DNA of 64,000 bases from Atribacterota bacterium (GTDB lineage: Bacteria > Atribacterota > Phoenicimicrobiia > Phoenicimicrobiales > Stramentimicrobiaceae): the NCBI GenBank assembly GCA_040767965.1, contig JAXGNR010000004.1:128001-192000 (forward strand), written 5' to 3'. Every line of letters starts with the position of its first letter. Positions within the stretch are counted from its first letter, which is position 1. Of the stretch, positions 52,627 to 62,937 are shown piece after piece. The translations under genes and the position numbers were made by a program. Below the pieces are notes generated by a model. It saw only the letters and a program-made list of their open reading frames with translations, ran no database searches and was not told the origin of the DNA.

Positions 52627-53889
52627 ATGATAAATAATAAATTGATAAAAATATTTTTATTAGTATTTATTGCTACCTTGTTGTCTACTTTTTTAAATGG
52701 TTGTCAGATAACTCCCCCTATTGCCGAAAAAGCTGAATGGACAGTGATGGTTTATCTAGCTGCCGGAAATAATTTAGAATCTGTCGGTATTCAAGATATA
52801 AATGAAATGGAATTAATTGGATCTAATAAAGATGTTAATATTATAGTACAGCTGGACAGGATTCCGTTTCATGTTTTGGATCAATATGGAATGGGAGACG
52901 CAGATGATGCATCTAATAACAATTGGACTGGCACCAGGAGATATTATGTTACCAAAGATATAAATCCTGAAATTATCAGATCAAACTTGATTATGGATCT
53001 TGGAGAAAAAAATATGGGAGACCCGGAGACTTTAAACGATTTTGCTTTATGGGCAATGCAAAATTACCCTGCAAAACGTTACTTGCTGGTACTTTGGAAT
53101 CATGGCGGAGGGTTTCGATCAATAGACACCAGTTCCAGTAGAGATATCTGCTGGGATTGGAATTTTGGATTTAATAACAGAATTACCATGCCTCAGTTAA
53201 AAGAATCGTTATCGTTTATTTCAGGCCAGATGGGTAAAAAGATAGATATTGTAGGAATGGATGCCTGCTATATGGGCATGGTAGAAGTTGCTTACCAAAT
53301 AAAAGATTATTCTGATATAGTAGTTTTTTCTGAAGCCTCTGTTCCTGGTGATGGATGGCAATATGACTGTATATTGGAAGGTTTGGTTAATTATCCTCTG
53401 CAGAAAACAAATGATTTTGCTTCATCAATAGTAGATAGCTTTCAAAAACAATATTCTGGCTCAGGTAGAAATGTCACCATATCTGCTGTTGATTTAAGTA
53501 AAATAGATAATTTAGCAGACAATATTTCCAATCTGGCTAATGCCATAATAAGTGATAATAAAACTTTGAAAGAAAACTATCGTGCTGCTGCCAGAAATAC
53601 CCAGAATTATACTGGTGTTGGTTTTGAATATATCGATTTAAAAGATTTTACGAGTAATTTGCCTGACTATACTTCTAATTCATCAGTACTGATTTATGCT
53701 AACCAAATTAAACAATATCTAGAAGACGGTAATATCATTATTAATAATACTTTCAGTGGAAGCAGTGTTAGGAATTCATATGGACTTTCGATCTATTTTC
53801 CTTATTATAGCTATGATAACTATTATAATAACTTAATTTTTACACAGGATTTTCTTTGGGATGAAATGTTAACCCATTTGGGATATTAG
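52627..53889 (+). CDS. Clostripain-family (C11) cysteine peptidase lipoprotein
   Basis: LNGC lipobox; WTVMVYLAAGNNL, NMGDPETL, LWNHGGG, MDACYMG, GLSIYFP. Confidence 0.92.
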   Translation: MINNKLIKIFLLVFIATLLSTFLNGCQITPPIAEKAEWTVMVYLAAGNNLESVGIQDINEMELIGSNKDVNIIVQLDRIPFHVLDQYGMGDADDASNNNWTGTRRYYVTKDINPEIIRSNLIMDLGEKNMGDPETLNDFALWAMQNYPAKRYLLVLWNHGGGFRSIDTSSSRDICWDWNFGFNNRITMPQLKESLSFISGQMGKKIDIVGMDACYMGMVEVAYQIKDYSDIVVFSEASVPGDGWQYDCILEGLVNYPLQKTNDFASSIVDSFQKQYSGSGRNVTISAVDLSKIDNLADNISNLANAIISDNKTLKENYRAAARNTQNYTGVGFEYIDLKDFTSNLPDYTSNSSVLIYANQIKQYLEDGNIIINNTFSGSSVRNSYGLSIYFPYYSYDNYYNNLIFTQDFLWDEMLTHLGY

Positions 53890-54132
53890 GGCATACCAAA
53901 TCAAAAAATATGATGAAGTTATTATGAAATATTGAAATATAAAATATTACAAGAAAATATAAAAAGAGCCAGACCTGTATTAGAAGTAAAAAAATAAAAA
54001 ATAATAAAGTAAAAAAATTATTTTAAATTAATATTAGGTAGATAATTTAATTAACCTAAAAACCTAAAAAAGGATTAATCAGTAGAAAATTTTTAACTGT
54101 TTTCTACATAATTTTCTACATAAATAAATAAA

Positions 54133-54711
54133 ATGAAAAATAAAAAGCTAATATCATTAATACTATTAATAGGAATAATTATTACGATTGCTGTGTTTTA
54201 TAATAATAAAAACAGTACATTGGAAAATGAATTATCTTCGGAAGAAGCCATTGATCAGGTTCAAGATAATGTTATAGTAGACGAACCTCCTGTAAGGATA
54301 ATGGAGGGGCAAGTGTTGGGAATAAAAAATGAAATAAGAGAGTGGCTGATTGAGGCTGAGAGCATATCAATTGCTGAAGATAGAGAGAGTACTCTTTTTA
54401 AAAATATCAAGCAGATGGTTATCTATAAAGATGAGGAACCGCATTTAACTATTAGTGCAGATGAGGTCCTTGCAAATATGCAGACAAAAGATATGGAGTT
54501 GAGTGGTAATGTGGTTATTTCAAATCAGGAAGGCAACTCTTTAAAAGGACAAAAGATTTACTGGCACTCAGAAGAGCAGAGCTTATCTAGTGATAGCGAG
54601 ATAGAATTATACGTTGATGATAACTATATTATTGCGGGTGGAATTTATAGTAATATGGAGATGACAGAGATAGAGCTGATAGGAAGAGCTACGGTAACAA
54701 TGAAATTATAG
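54133..54711 (+). CDS. lptC: LPS export protein LptC-like
   Basis: N-terminal TM anchor plus beta-jellyroll (W.IEAE, LSGNVVI); adjacent to lptA. Confidence 0.75.
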   Translation: MKNKKLISLILLIGIIITIAVFYNNKNSTLENELSSEEAIDQVQDNVIVDEPPVRIMEGQVLGIKNEIREWLIEAESISIAEDRESTLFKNIKQMVIYKDEEPHLTISADEVLANMQTKDMELSGNVVISNQEGNSLKGQKIYWHSEEQSLSSDSEIELYVDDNYIIAGGIYSNMEMTEIELIGRATVTMKL

Positions 54712-54873
54712 ATAATATCTTTTAGATATTTAAATTGCTATTATTCTTTTAATGGTATTTATATTGCATATTGCGGTTTTTAAAAGCAGAAGAAAAAAAT
54801 AAAAGAAGTTTAATATATAATTTTATGTATATTGTATATATATTGTATATATTTTGAAAGGATGGTTTATTCT

Positions 54874-55572
54874 ATGAAAAGAATAATTTTGTTTAAATCC
54901 ATGATATTACTTATAGTTATAATGATACTGTCTATTTTAACATTTATCGGTTTTGCCCAAAATCAGACTGAACCAGAAGATGGTGGTGAGGCTGATACCG
55001 AAGAATCATCAGTAGAAATCACAGCTGATCAGGTCAATTACGAGAAAGAAAATGATCAGATGATTTTTATTGGAAATGTGCTTATTTTGCAAGAAGACAC
55101 TACCCTCACTGCAGGCCAAGCTTCTTTTAACGTAGATACCAAAATTGGTCAGATCTCCCAGGATGTTAGATTAATACAAGAGGATATCGCTATTACAGGT
55201 CAAGAATTGGAAGCATATCTGAATGATAAACATTATATATTTAGAAATCAGGTAGAACTGTTACAGGAAAGAACAGATAATGCAGGAGAGCAGGATAATA
55301 TTACCTGGATCTGCCAACAACTGGAAATTTTTACTGATAGCAAAAATATGACTGCCACTGGCGAAGTTGTAATAACGAAAAAAGATTACACCATAACTGC
55401 TCAGGAAGCTATATATGATGATGCTGAAGAAAAAGTATCTTTATCCGGACAGGTTAAAATTGAAGAAATTGAAAATAACAGACAGATTTCAGGTGACAGG
55501 GCTGTCTTTTATATTGAAAATGATAAGCTTGAAGTATCCGGAAATGTCAGAAGCAGCATAATTCTAGATTAA
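54874..55572 (+). CDS. lptA: LptA/OstA family periplasmic protein
   Basis: Signal peptide, VEITAD, GNVLILQ, repeated jellyroll strands. Confidence 0.82.
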   Translation: MKRIILFKSMILLIVIMILSILTFIGFAQNQTEPEDGGEADTEESSVEITADQVNYEKENDQMIFIGNVLILQEDTTLTAGQASFNVDTKIGQISQDVRLIQEDIAITGQELEAYLNDKHYIFRNQVELLQERTDNAGEQDNITWICQQLEIFTDSKNMTATGEVVITKKDYTITAQEAIYDDAEEKVSLSGQVKIEEIENNRQISGDRAVFYIENDKLEVSGNVRSSIILD

Positions 55573-55638
55573 TTTTCTTTGGATACATATAGATAGCAGG
55601 GCAGCATTAAAATGACAGGAAACAGGAGGTTGAATAAT

Positions 55639-56232
55639 ATGAATTTTGGAAAAAACATAATAAAAAGACATCATCTTTTTTTATTGCTCATAGTGCTAGT
55701 AATATTTTTGGCTGGTTGTGCTCGCTGGCCTACAGATCCTAATGGCGGAGGTAACGGTGATGGCCAGAAGCTGTTGCGGGTAAGGGTAGATATTAATCAG
55801 AACGGATTAATAAATACTGAAGATGGGCAATATTACATAGTATTTGACACCAACAAAGATGCTCCATTCAGCCCTGCAGATGATATTGAAGATTGGGAGA
55901 CAGGGTTTTATTATATAAGGCTGGATATGATGGGTTTTTTTCTGGGAGAGGTTTTAGAATCTGGTTCTTCTGAGCAATTTTTATCAGGTACAGTTTCTGA
56001 TGAGTATTTCCAAATTCTGATTCCATTGCAGGATATTGGCGATCCGGAAGGAATTCATATGAATGTTATAACTACTGATTTAGATAATGTAACATATGAT
56101 GCTCTGGATATAGATTATTACATTGACACAAACATAATTTCTACAAAAACTGAAAATGATTTTATCCAGGATTCAGCCGGTGGTCCTGATTTTGACATTT
56201 CCCAGGCCACAACAACAATCCTAATCCCTTAA
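55639..56232 (+). CDS. Acidic lipoprotein of unknown function
   Basis: AGGAGG RBS, LAGC lipobox. Confidence 0.7.
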   Translation: MNFGKNIIKRHHLFLLLIVLVIFLAGCARWPTDPNGGGNGDGQKLLRVRVDINQNGLINTEDGQYYIVFDTNKDAPFSPADDIEDWETGFYYIRLDMMGFFLGEVLESGSSEQFLSGTVSDEYFQILIPLQDIGDPEGIHMNVITTDLDNVTYDALDIDYYIDTNIISTKTENDFIQDSAGGPDFDISQATTTILIP

Positions 56233-56241
56233 ACTTTGTCA

Positions 56242-57123
56242 AAGTTGTCACGGGGACGGTTCTTTTGACAACCTTTTAATGAAAATGATATAGTAAAATA
56301 AATATTATTAAAAGGAATATAGTGTGTTATGCCCAGATTACCAAGAAAACTGAATGATATTGGAATATATCATATTATGGTGAGAGGTAATGCAAAGCAA
56401 AAAATATTTATTGATAACCAGGATAAAAGAAAATACCTAAAAATAATTACCCAAGCTAAGAAAAAAAATTTATTTTGCATTTATGCTTTTTGTATCATGG
56501 ACAATCATGCTCATCTGGTATTGAAAGAAATTGAAGAATCAGTTTCTAAGTTTATGAAAAGAATTACTGTTAGTTATGCTTTTTACTTTAATGCAAAATA
56601 TGACAGAGTAGGTCATGTATTTCAGGATCGCTTTAAAAGCGAAACAATTAAAGATGATGCATATCTTCTTTCTGTAATAAGATATGTCCATAATAATCCT
56701 GAAAAAGCAGGTATTGCTACCAAAGAAAAATATCCCTGGAGTAGCTACAATGATTACGTTTCATCTAATGATAGCCTAACAGAAACAAGAGAAATTCTTA
56801 ATATGTTTTCAAGTAATTCAACAGAAGCAATGGCTGCATTCAAGGAATTTAGTGATCAGGCTGATAAAAACAAAAGAGAATATCTGGAAATGGACGAAGA
56901 ATATAATAAAAAGTTACTTTTTGAATATGTAAAAAAATATCTGGAAGAAAAACAGCTTAATATAAAAGATTTAAAAAATAGAAAATACTTTGATCAACGT
57001 GATAATCTTGTAAAAAATATCACCAAAAAATATAATTTTTCTACCAGGTCTATTGCAGAAGCTACTGGAATAGGTAGGGAAACGGTGAGAAGGTTGTCAA
57101 AAGAACCGTCCCCGTGACAACTT
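56242..57123 (+). mobile_element. RAYT-type HUH transposase unit bounded by perfect 34-bp inverted repeats
   Basis: AAGTTGTCACGGGGACGGTTCTTTTGACAACCTT at 56242-56275 and its exact reverse complement at 57090-57123. Confidence 0.85.
56329..57117 (+). CDS. REP-associated tyrosine transposase (Y1/HUH) with C-terminal HTH
   Basis: YHIMVRG, NHAHL (HUH), GHVFQDRF, RYVHNNP, YPWSSY. Confidence 0.92.
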   Translation: MPRLPRKLNDIGIYHIMVRGNAKQKIFIDNQDKRKYLKIITQAKKKNLFCIYAFCIMDNHAHLVLKEIEESVSKFMKRITVSYAFYFNAKYDRVGHVFQDRFKSETIKDDAYLLSVIRYVHNNPEKAGIATKEKYPWSSYNDYVSSNDSLTETREILNMFSSNSTEAMAAFKEFSDQADKNKREYLEMDEEYNKKLLFEYVKKYLEEKQLNIKDLKNRKYFDQRDNLVKNITKKYNFSTRSIAEATGIGRETVRRLSKEPSP

Positions 57124-60100
57124 ATTGGCCGATGGTGATTGATTCGGTTGGGAAGGCATTGATTTTAAAATCAAGCCAGATGGCTTTAGTTGACTGGCGG
57201 TAATTAATGCTAATTTCACGACAATGCAAATCTCTTACAACGCTGATTACACTATTTCTTATATCAAAATCATCAAAATAAACAGTACCACTATAAGACA
57301 TGCGCCAATCTTCGCTTATATTTAAAGACAATCTGGTGTCTACACGTTTACTCCATTCCATATTATTGAGATTATAAGATGTGCTCAAATAAACATCATG
57401 TTCTCCCTTTGGCTTCCATTGTAATCTTGCTCCCAGGCTGCCAAAAGATTCAGTAACAAAATTATAATTAGTAGACAGATTTATCTGTAAATTATCTGCC
57501 GGCTTTAAAACAACACTGGCGCTGGCTGATTCGGATAATTCACTTAAAGTGTCAAAATTAAAAGGAGTTGGACCTTCAGACATATAATAACTGTAAGAAA
57601 AATTACCATAGAATTCAGGCTGATAGCCAACTCTCAAATCTAGTTTTCCACCCAGCATATAACGGGCCTCACCAGTTAAATAAACATCCTGGCGATAAAC
57701 ACCTGAAGCAGTCAGCCTGATTTTATCAGTAATATCAAAAGGCCTGTTGGCATTAATAATATATTCTCCCCGGATATTTTGCTGATCAGTTGCGCTTTCA
57801 TAATAATTTCCCACAGATGCGCTAATGCTATAATTAATTCCAGTGTCTAAAAATTTTGCGTTGTTTTTATTAAAAACCAGTTCTGGTAATTTGTCCAGAG
57901 TGCTTGGTTTGCTTGGGTTTAGGGGATCCCCGCCGAAAGTAAATTGCTTTTCGGTAATAAGTCTTACTGAATAACCTTTACCCGAATATCTCAATTGCCA
58001 CTCCGGACGAAGCTGATATTCAGCAGGATTGGAAGTAGAATCTTTAGAATTATAAAGCAATACAAGGTTTGAATTTATTTTGTCAGTAATAGTTTGGTCA
58101 TAACTCAATTTGATATTACCAGTACTGGTAGTAGTATTGCTGATATTAAAGTTATATTTTCCGGTAATTGTCAGGAGGGCTTCGTCCCATTTTTTATAAA
58201 AATAAAAATCAGGTCTTATTATGTGAGAATTTTCTTGCGTGCTTGATCCTCCATAATAAGTTCCATCATAACTAATATTTGCTCTCAGTCTCAGGTCATT
58301 TTCAAAGTTTTGCCAATAGCTAACTTTGCCATCCAGGTCATAAATGCTAGTATTTTTTCTTTTTAAACCATAAAAATATAGGACTAATTCACCATCATCA
58401 ATTTTTTCTTCACCTAATTCAAAAGTATGTTCAACGCCAGCCCCTATTCCTTTTTTCAGCATCAGATCTAAGTAAATGCTTCCATAAGAATCAGCGTCTT
58501 GAACATAATTGAATTGATTTTTTAAGAACCATCCCTCGCTGCTGCTTTGGCCGATATCGGGCCAGTAGGGGAACTGATTTTTCCCTCTTAAGAAAATCAT
58601 AAAAGAAGGCAAGGTAAATATTTTTCTTTTTCCTTCATACCAGGAGACTTTTTTGGCAATAATTTTATCATCAGGATAAATTGTTATTTTTTCAGCCTCA
58701 ATATGCCAGTGAGGCTCTTCCAGGTCACAAGTTGTAAAAACACCTCCGGAAATATCAATAGTTTCCGGGAAATTCTCATAACGGTCACCCTGATAATAAA
58801 CTACACCTTTAATTTTATCTCCAGTGGCTTCCCCGGATAATCCTTCCATTATTATTTTTTCAGTTTCCCAATTATAATTTATAGCCTGACTGGAAAAGGA
58901 CTCATTCCCTCTGGCAAAAGTGACTTGATCAGAGGCAATTAATTCTTTTCTATCTATAAATATTTGAAGATAATTTGATTTAAGAGTGATGTCCTTATAA
59001 CGGAGATTGACTTTATTTTGAGCAATAACAACATCTTCTCCATCCACAATCTGATAGCTTAAAAATTCTGCTTCAATATTAAGGCCGCCTTCTACAAAAT
59101 CTTCATCTTCTTCGCCTTCTTCCGGAGCTGTTTCCTCTAATGATTCCTGGAAGTAAAAGAATCCTCCTGTTATAGATTCAGCAATTGGCTGATTTTCTAT
59201 ATCGTATCCGGTTACTTTGTACTGCCACTGATAACGATGCTGTTTTGTAAATAAAGATTCACTTTCATTTTCTTCAAAATCCTCATTATCACCATTGTTG
59301 ATGTCTGTATTATTTGTATCATTATTTGTATCCTGAATAATAGCTTCACCATTTTCATTTATATTATTATTTTCATCAGCTTCATTATCATCTTCGCTGT
59401 TTTCATTATTTTCATTGTTTGGTTCTTTTATTGTATTGTTATTGTTAATATTACTATTATCGCTATTTTCGCTAATGCCTTCACTTTCTTCATCATCTTC
59501 GCTGGCAGTTTCTTCTGTTATTTCGGTAATTATTTCTTCTGGAAGCAATCGCAGACTATCTATGTTTATATTTTCAATTTGAACTCTACTTACTTCTTCT
59601 CCTTCGGTTATATCAAAAAGAATAAATTCTCCCTGTGCAGAAAAAATAACATTTCTAAAAGGAAATGCATTAATAGAAATAGATTCCCATTTAAATTCAG
59701 GGTTTTCTTCTGCTACCACTTCATTGTTGGCTGGGTATTGGGCAGAACTGGAAGGTAACCAAAAATCAATATCAATTGCATCTGTCCTGCCTACTGATTC
59801 CTCCTGCCACAATCCTTCTATATAATATTGATAAGAGTTTCCTTCCAGGATATCTTCATCAACCCACCACAGCTGAAATCCTTCATCATTATAATCAACA
59901 TTACGGACTTCTTCGAATTCTCCCTGATTACTACTTTTGAAGATTTTGTATTCATCTGCTCCACCAAAGGCAGCCCAGGTAATTCTTACTTCATATTCGG
60001 TAAATCCACCCTGAAAACGGGTAACTGCAAAAGCTTTTATTTCTTCATCCAGCCAGAAATCTTGAGCTGCTGCAGGTATATTAAAAAAATGAGAGCAGCA

Positions 60101-60190
60101 TAAAAAAGGAGCTAAAAATAAAAGGGTGGTTATGATAATTAAAAATATATTTTTAAATTTAAAAGGTATTCTATTGAGTTTATTTGCCAT
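57122..60190 (-). CDS. lptD: LptD-like LPS assembly protein with long N-terminal extension
   Basis: OstA-like domain, FTTCDLEEPHWHIEA, barrel, RDLHCRE near the C-terminus. Confidence 0.82.
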   Translation of the reverse strand: MANKLNRIPFKFKNIFLIIITTLLFLAPFLCCSHFFNIPAAAQDFWLDEEIKAFAVTRFQGGFTEYEVRITWAAFGGADEYKIFKSSNQGEFEEVRNVDYNDEGFQLWWVDEDILEGNSYQYYIEGLWQEESVGRTDAIDIDFWLPSSSAQYPANNEVVAEENPEFKWESISINAFPFRNVIFSAQGEFILFDITEGEEVSRVQIENINIDSLRLLPEEIITEITEETASEDDEESEGISENSDNSNINNNNTIKEPNNENNENSEDDNEADENNNINENGEAIIQDTNNDTNNTDINNGDNEDFEENESESLFTKQHRYQWQYKVTGYDIENQPIAESITGGFFYFQESLEETAPEEGEEDEDFVEGGLNIEAEFLSYQIVDGEDVVIAQNKVNLRYKDITLKSNYLQIFIDRKELIASDQVTFARGNESFSSQAINYNWETEKIIMEGLSGEATGDKIKGVVYYQGDRYENFPETIDISGGVFTTCDLEEPHWHIEAEKITIYPDDKIIAKKVSWYEGKRKIFTLPSFMIFLRGKNQFPYWPDIGQSSSEGWFLKNQFNYVQDADSYGSIYLDLMLKKGIGAGVEHTFELGEEKIDDGELVLYFYGLKRKNTSIYDLDGKVSYWQNFENDLRLRANISYDGTYYGGSSTQENSHIIRPDFYFYKKWDEALLTITGKYNFNISNTTTSTGNIKLSYDQTITDKINSNLVLLYNSKDSTSNPAEYQLRPEWQLRYSGKGYSVRLITEKQFTFGGDPLNPSKPSTLDKLPELVFNKNNAKFLDTGINYSISASVGNYYESATDQQNIRGEYIINANRPFDITDKIRLTASGVYRQDVYLTGEARYMLGGKLDLRVGYQPEFYGNFSYSYYMSEGPTPFNFDTLSELSESASASVVLKPADNLQINLSTNYNFVTESFGSLGARLQWKPKGEHDVYLSTSYNLNNMEWSKRVDTRLSLNISEDWRMSYSGTVYFDDFDIRNSVISVVRDLHCREISINYRQSTKAIWLDFKINAFPTESITIGQ

Positions 60191-60515
60191 AAATTTTAGT
60201 ATCCCGATATTTCTGTTTTAAAATTTTTTAATTTTTGTTAATTCTTAACTTAAATTTACTTAAAACTTAAACTTTTTAATAAAAAATAAAAAAGGAAAAA
60301 AAATATTATAAAAATATTATTAAATTATACTCTATATTCTATATGTATTTTAAATAATTTAACACATCTTCCTTAATTATTTATTAATAAATGTAATAAA
60401 ATGCTTCTATTTCTTCAGGAAAATTTATTGGTTAATTTTTATAAAAACTTTAGATAAATCTAAAACAACCTTTTCCATTACCACCAAATACCAGCCTTAT
60501 AACAAATCCTTATAT

Positions 60516-61610
60516 TCAGCTTTTTTCTGCATTATACACCAGGGCAATTCCTAATAGTAAAAATAACAAATTAGGAATCCAGGCTGACAAGAGGGGATTT
60601 ATCATTCCTCCTCTACCCAATGAGCGGCTTAGGGAATATACTACATAATAAATGAAGACCAGTGCGATACTAATAATAATTCCGGTTGCCTTGGTACTTC
60701 TTTTCATTTGAGTTCCAAGAGGGACACCGATTAAAGCAAAAATAATACCCACCAGGGGATAAGAAAATTTAATATGATAATCCACCTGGAAATTATTTGT
60801 ATCAACTCCGGCATCTGTCAGTATCTGTATTTGCTGCTTTAATTCTCTGCTATTCATTTCCTGAGGTGTGCGTTGATTTTTAAAGAAATCCTGCAGTTCG
60901 TCTTTTACCTCAATTTCCATCTCCTGAAAGCTCATTTCATATGTTATCTTTCCCTCGGCATTGTAGTTATAAACAGTGCCAAAACTTAATTCCCAGGTGT
61001 CTTCCACCCATCTGCCTTCTGCTGCTGTTATAACCCGCGGAAAACGTTCTCTGGTCATTTCATAAACCATAATTTCTCTCATAATCATGTTTTGCTCATC
61101 CAGACGGTTAATATAGAAATACCGGTTTTCGGCATCTCTGAAAAATACATTTCGCTGGATGTGCGGCGGCCCTTGTTTTAAGACTATTTCTCTAATTATA
61201 TTCTGAGAAATATGATTTGCTTCAGGCACAATATAATCATTTGTTACAAAAGATAAAATGCTGATAAAAATTGCTGTAATAATAAAAGGTCTCATAATGC
61301 GCCGAAAGCTGATTCCTCCAGTACGCATGGCGGCAAGTTCATTACTTGTAGACATTTGTGAAATGGCTAATTGACTGGAGCCTAATAAAGCAATAGGGAA
61401 AGTTAAGACCAGAAATGCCGGTAATCTATATAACAACAATTCTACAACATTGATAATTGGTACTTTTTTATTTATTAGCATTTCCATCAGCTCAAACATA
61501 GTTTCCATGATGAGCAGAATAGTTAAGAGGGCAACTACCCCTAAAAAGAAACTCATTACCTGGGTAATGATATATTTGTCTATGATTTTTATACCTGGAA
61601 TTTTTTTCAT
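60516..61610 (-). CDS. LptF/LptG family permease
   Basis: IIDKYI, NELAAMRTGGISF, KFSYPL, SAWIPN; likely start MKKIPG. Confidence 0.9.
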   Translation of the reverse strand: MKKIPGIKIIDKYIITQVMSFFLGVVALLTILLIMETMFELMEMLINKKVPIINVVELLLYRLPAFLVLTFPIALLGSSQLAISQMSTSNELAAMRTGGISFRRIMRPFIITAIFISILSFVTNDYIVPEANHISQNIIREIVLKQGPPHIQRNVFFRDAENRYFYINRLDEQNMIMREIMVYEMTRERFPRVITAAEGRWVEDTWELSFGTVYNYNAEGKITYEMSFQEMEIEVKDELQDFFKNQRTPQEMNSRELKQQIQILTDAGVDTNNFQVDYHIKFSYPLVGIIFALIGVPLGTQMKRSTKATGIIISIALVFIYYVVYSLSRSLGRGGMINPLLSAWIPNLLFLLLGIALVYNAEKS

Positions 61611-61935
61611 TGATACCTTCGTAATGATTTTTTCCTTTAATATATCCAAACAAGTTTCATTTAAATATTCTCCATAAGTATAACACAAATTATTTTAATA
61701 AAAAAACGTTTTTCATAATCAAAAATTACTTTCCAGAGCAGGCATCTGGTGTTGGTTTTATTGAATGAAATGCCATAATAAGATATAATCACAATTGAAC
61801 TGTTTCACAAAATCAATATTAAAATAATGAATATAAAAAACCATATGTCTCTTGTATTCTTAAAATCAATTTTTAAATTACCCTACAGATGCAGATGGAT
61901 GGGAAATAAGTCAATAAGCAGTAATTTACTTTGAG

Positions 61936-62733
61936 GTGAAAAAACGAAAAATGCAAAAAAGGAAAACCGGGATCGGGAACAAAATTTTCTTTAGAATGAA
62001 AAAAATAGCAATATCACTAATTTTAATAGTAACCCTTTGTACAATAATAAACTTTGCCATTTCCGCTCAGGAGAGAGAGCGGATTGATGAAAAGCCAACC
62101 GCAGTGGAAGATCCTGAAATTATCTGCTTGGAAGAGGGAAAAAATTTTTTTTGGCAGCAGCAGTACAGTGATGCTATAAAACAATTGGAAAGCTGTATAG
62201 AGAAAGATACGGATAACCCGGAAATATATTATTATATAGCCCAGTCTTATTTTCAAAGAGGACAGCGCAGCACTCTAAGAGCGGTGAGATATTTCAAACA
62301 GGCTTATGAATATTCAGATATTGCTATTGAAAAATACTATCAGGCTATTGAGGAAAACCCGGAAGAAGATAATACTAATAGATATCTGCAGCTGGCTTAT
62401 ATTCACCAAATTCGCAGTTTAATACCAGGGGTAGATGAATATCAAAAGGCATTAGATATTTATCAACAGCTGATAGAAGAAAAACCTTTCATTTCTTCTC
62501 CACATTACCATATGGGTTGGATTTATTTTCAGCAGGAAGAATATCAAAAAGGAATAGAGGCATTTTTGGATTATCTGAAACCAGGGCTGAAAAGCGATTT
62601 TGTTTACTACCACTTAGCTTTGTCTTATGATAAAATTGGTGAAAGAGAAAAATCTGAATATTATTATCAGCTTTTACTGGAAGAGTTTCCGGATTCCGAT
62701 CTTGCCAGCAGGGCTCAAAAAGAATTAAATTAA
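61936..62733 (+). CDS. Exported TPR protein
   Basis: Signal peptide (start possibly 61996), TPR repeats, C-terminal LLEEFPDS. Confidence 0.8.
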   Translation: MKKRKMQKRKTGIGNKIFFRMKKIAISLILIVTLCTIINFAISAQERERIDEKPTAVEDPEIICLEEGKNFFWQQQYSDAIKQLESCIEKDTDNPEIYYYIAQSYFQRGQRSTLRAVRYFKQAYEYSDIAIEKYYQAIEENPEEDNTNRYLQLAYIHQIRSLIPGVDEYQKALDIYQQLIEEKPFISSPHYHMGWIYFQQEEYQKGIEAFLDYLKPGLKSDFVYYHLALSYDKIGEREKSEYYYQLLLEEFPDSDLASRAQKELN

Positions 62734-62937
62734 AAAAACAAATTTAACTGGAAGTAGATAATTTATTAAGAAATATTAAGAAGTAAGAAGAAAAAGTAAG
62801 CAGGAAGAAGAAAATAGACATCTTTATTTATTATTTTTTGAAATACATTCCGAATAGGGCTGTTGATATTAGGTATGTCCCAAATCTGTGGTATTATATT
62901 CATTAAATAAAAAAAGATAACGGCGATGGTGGAACAG

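Noticed and set aside
48375-57123. Composite transposon from the solo repeat to the right inverted repeat
   Set aside because: Orientation permits it, but the span includes core lptC/lptA and no target duplication is visible.
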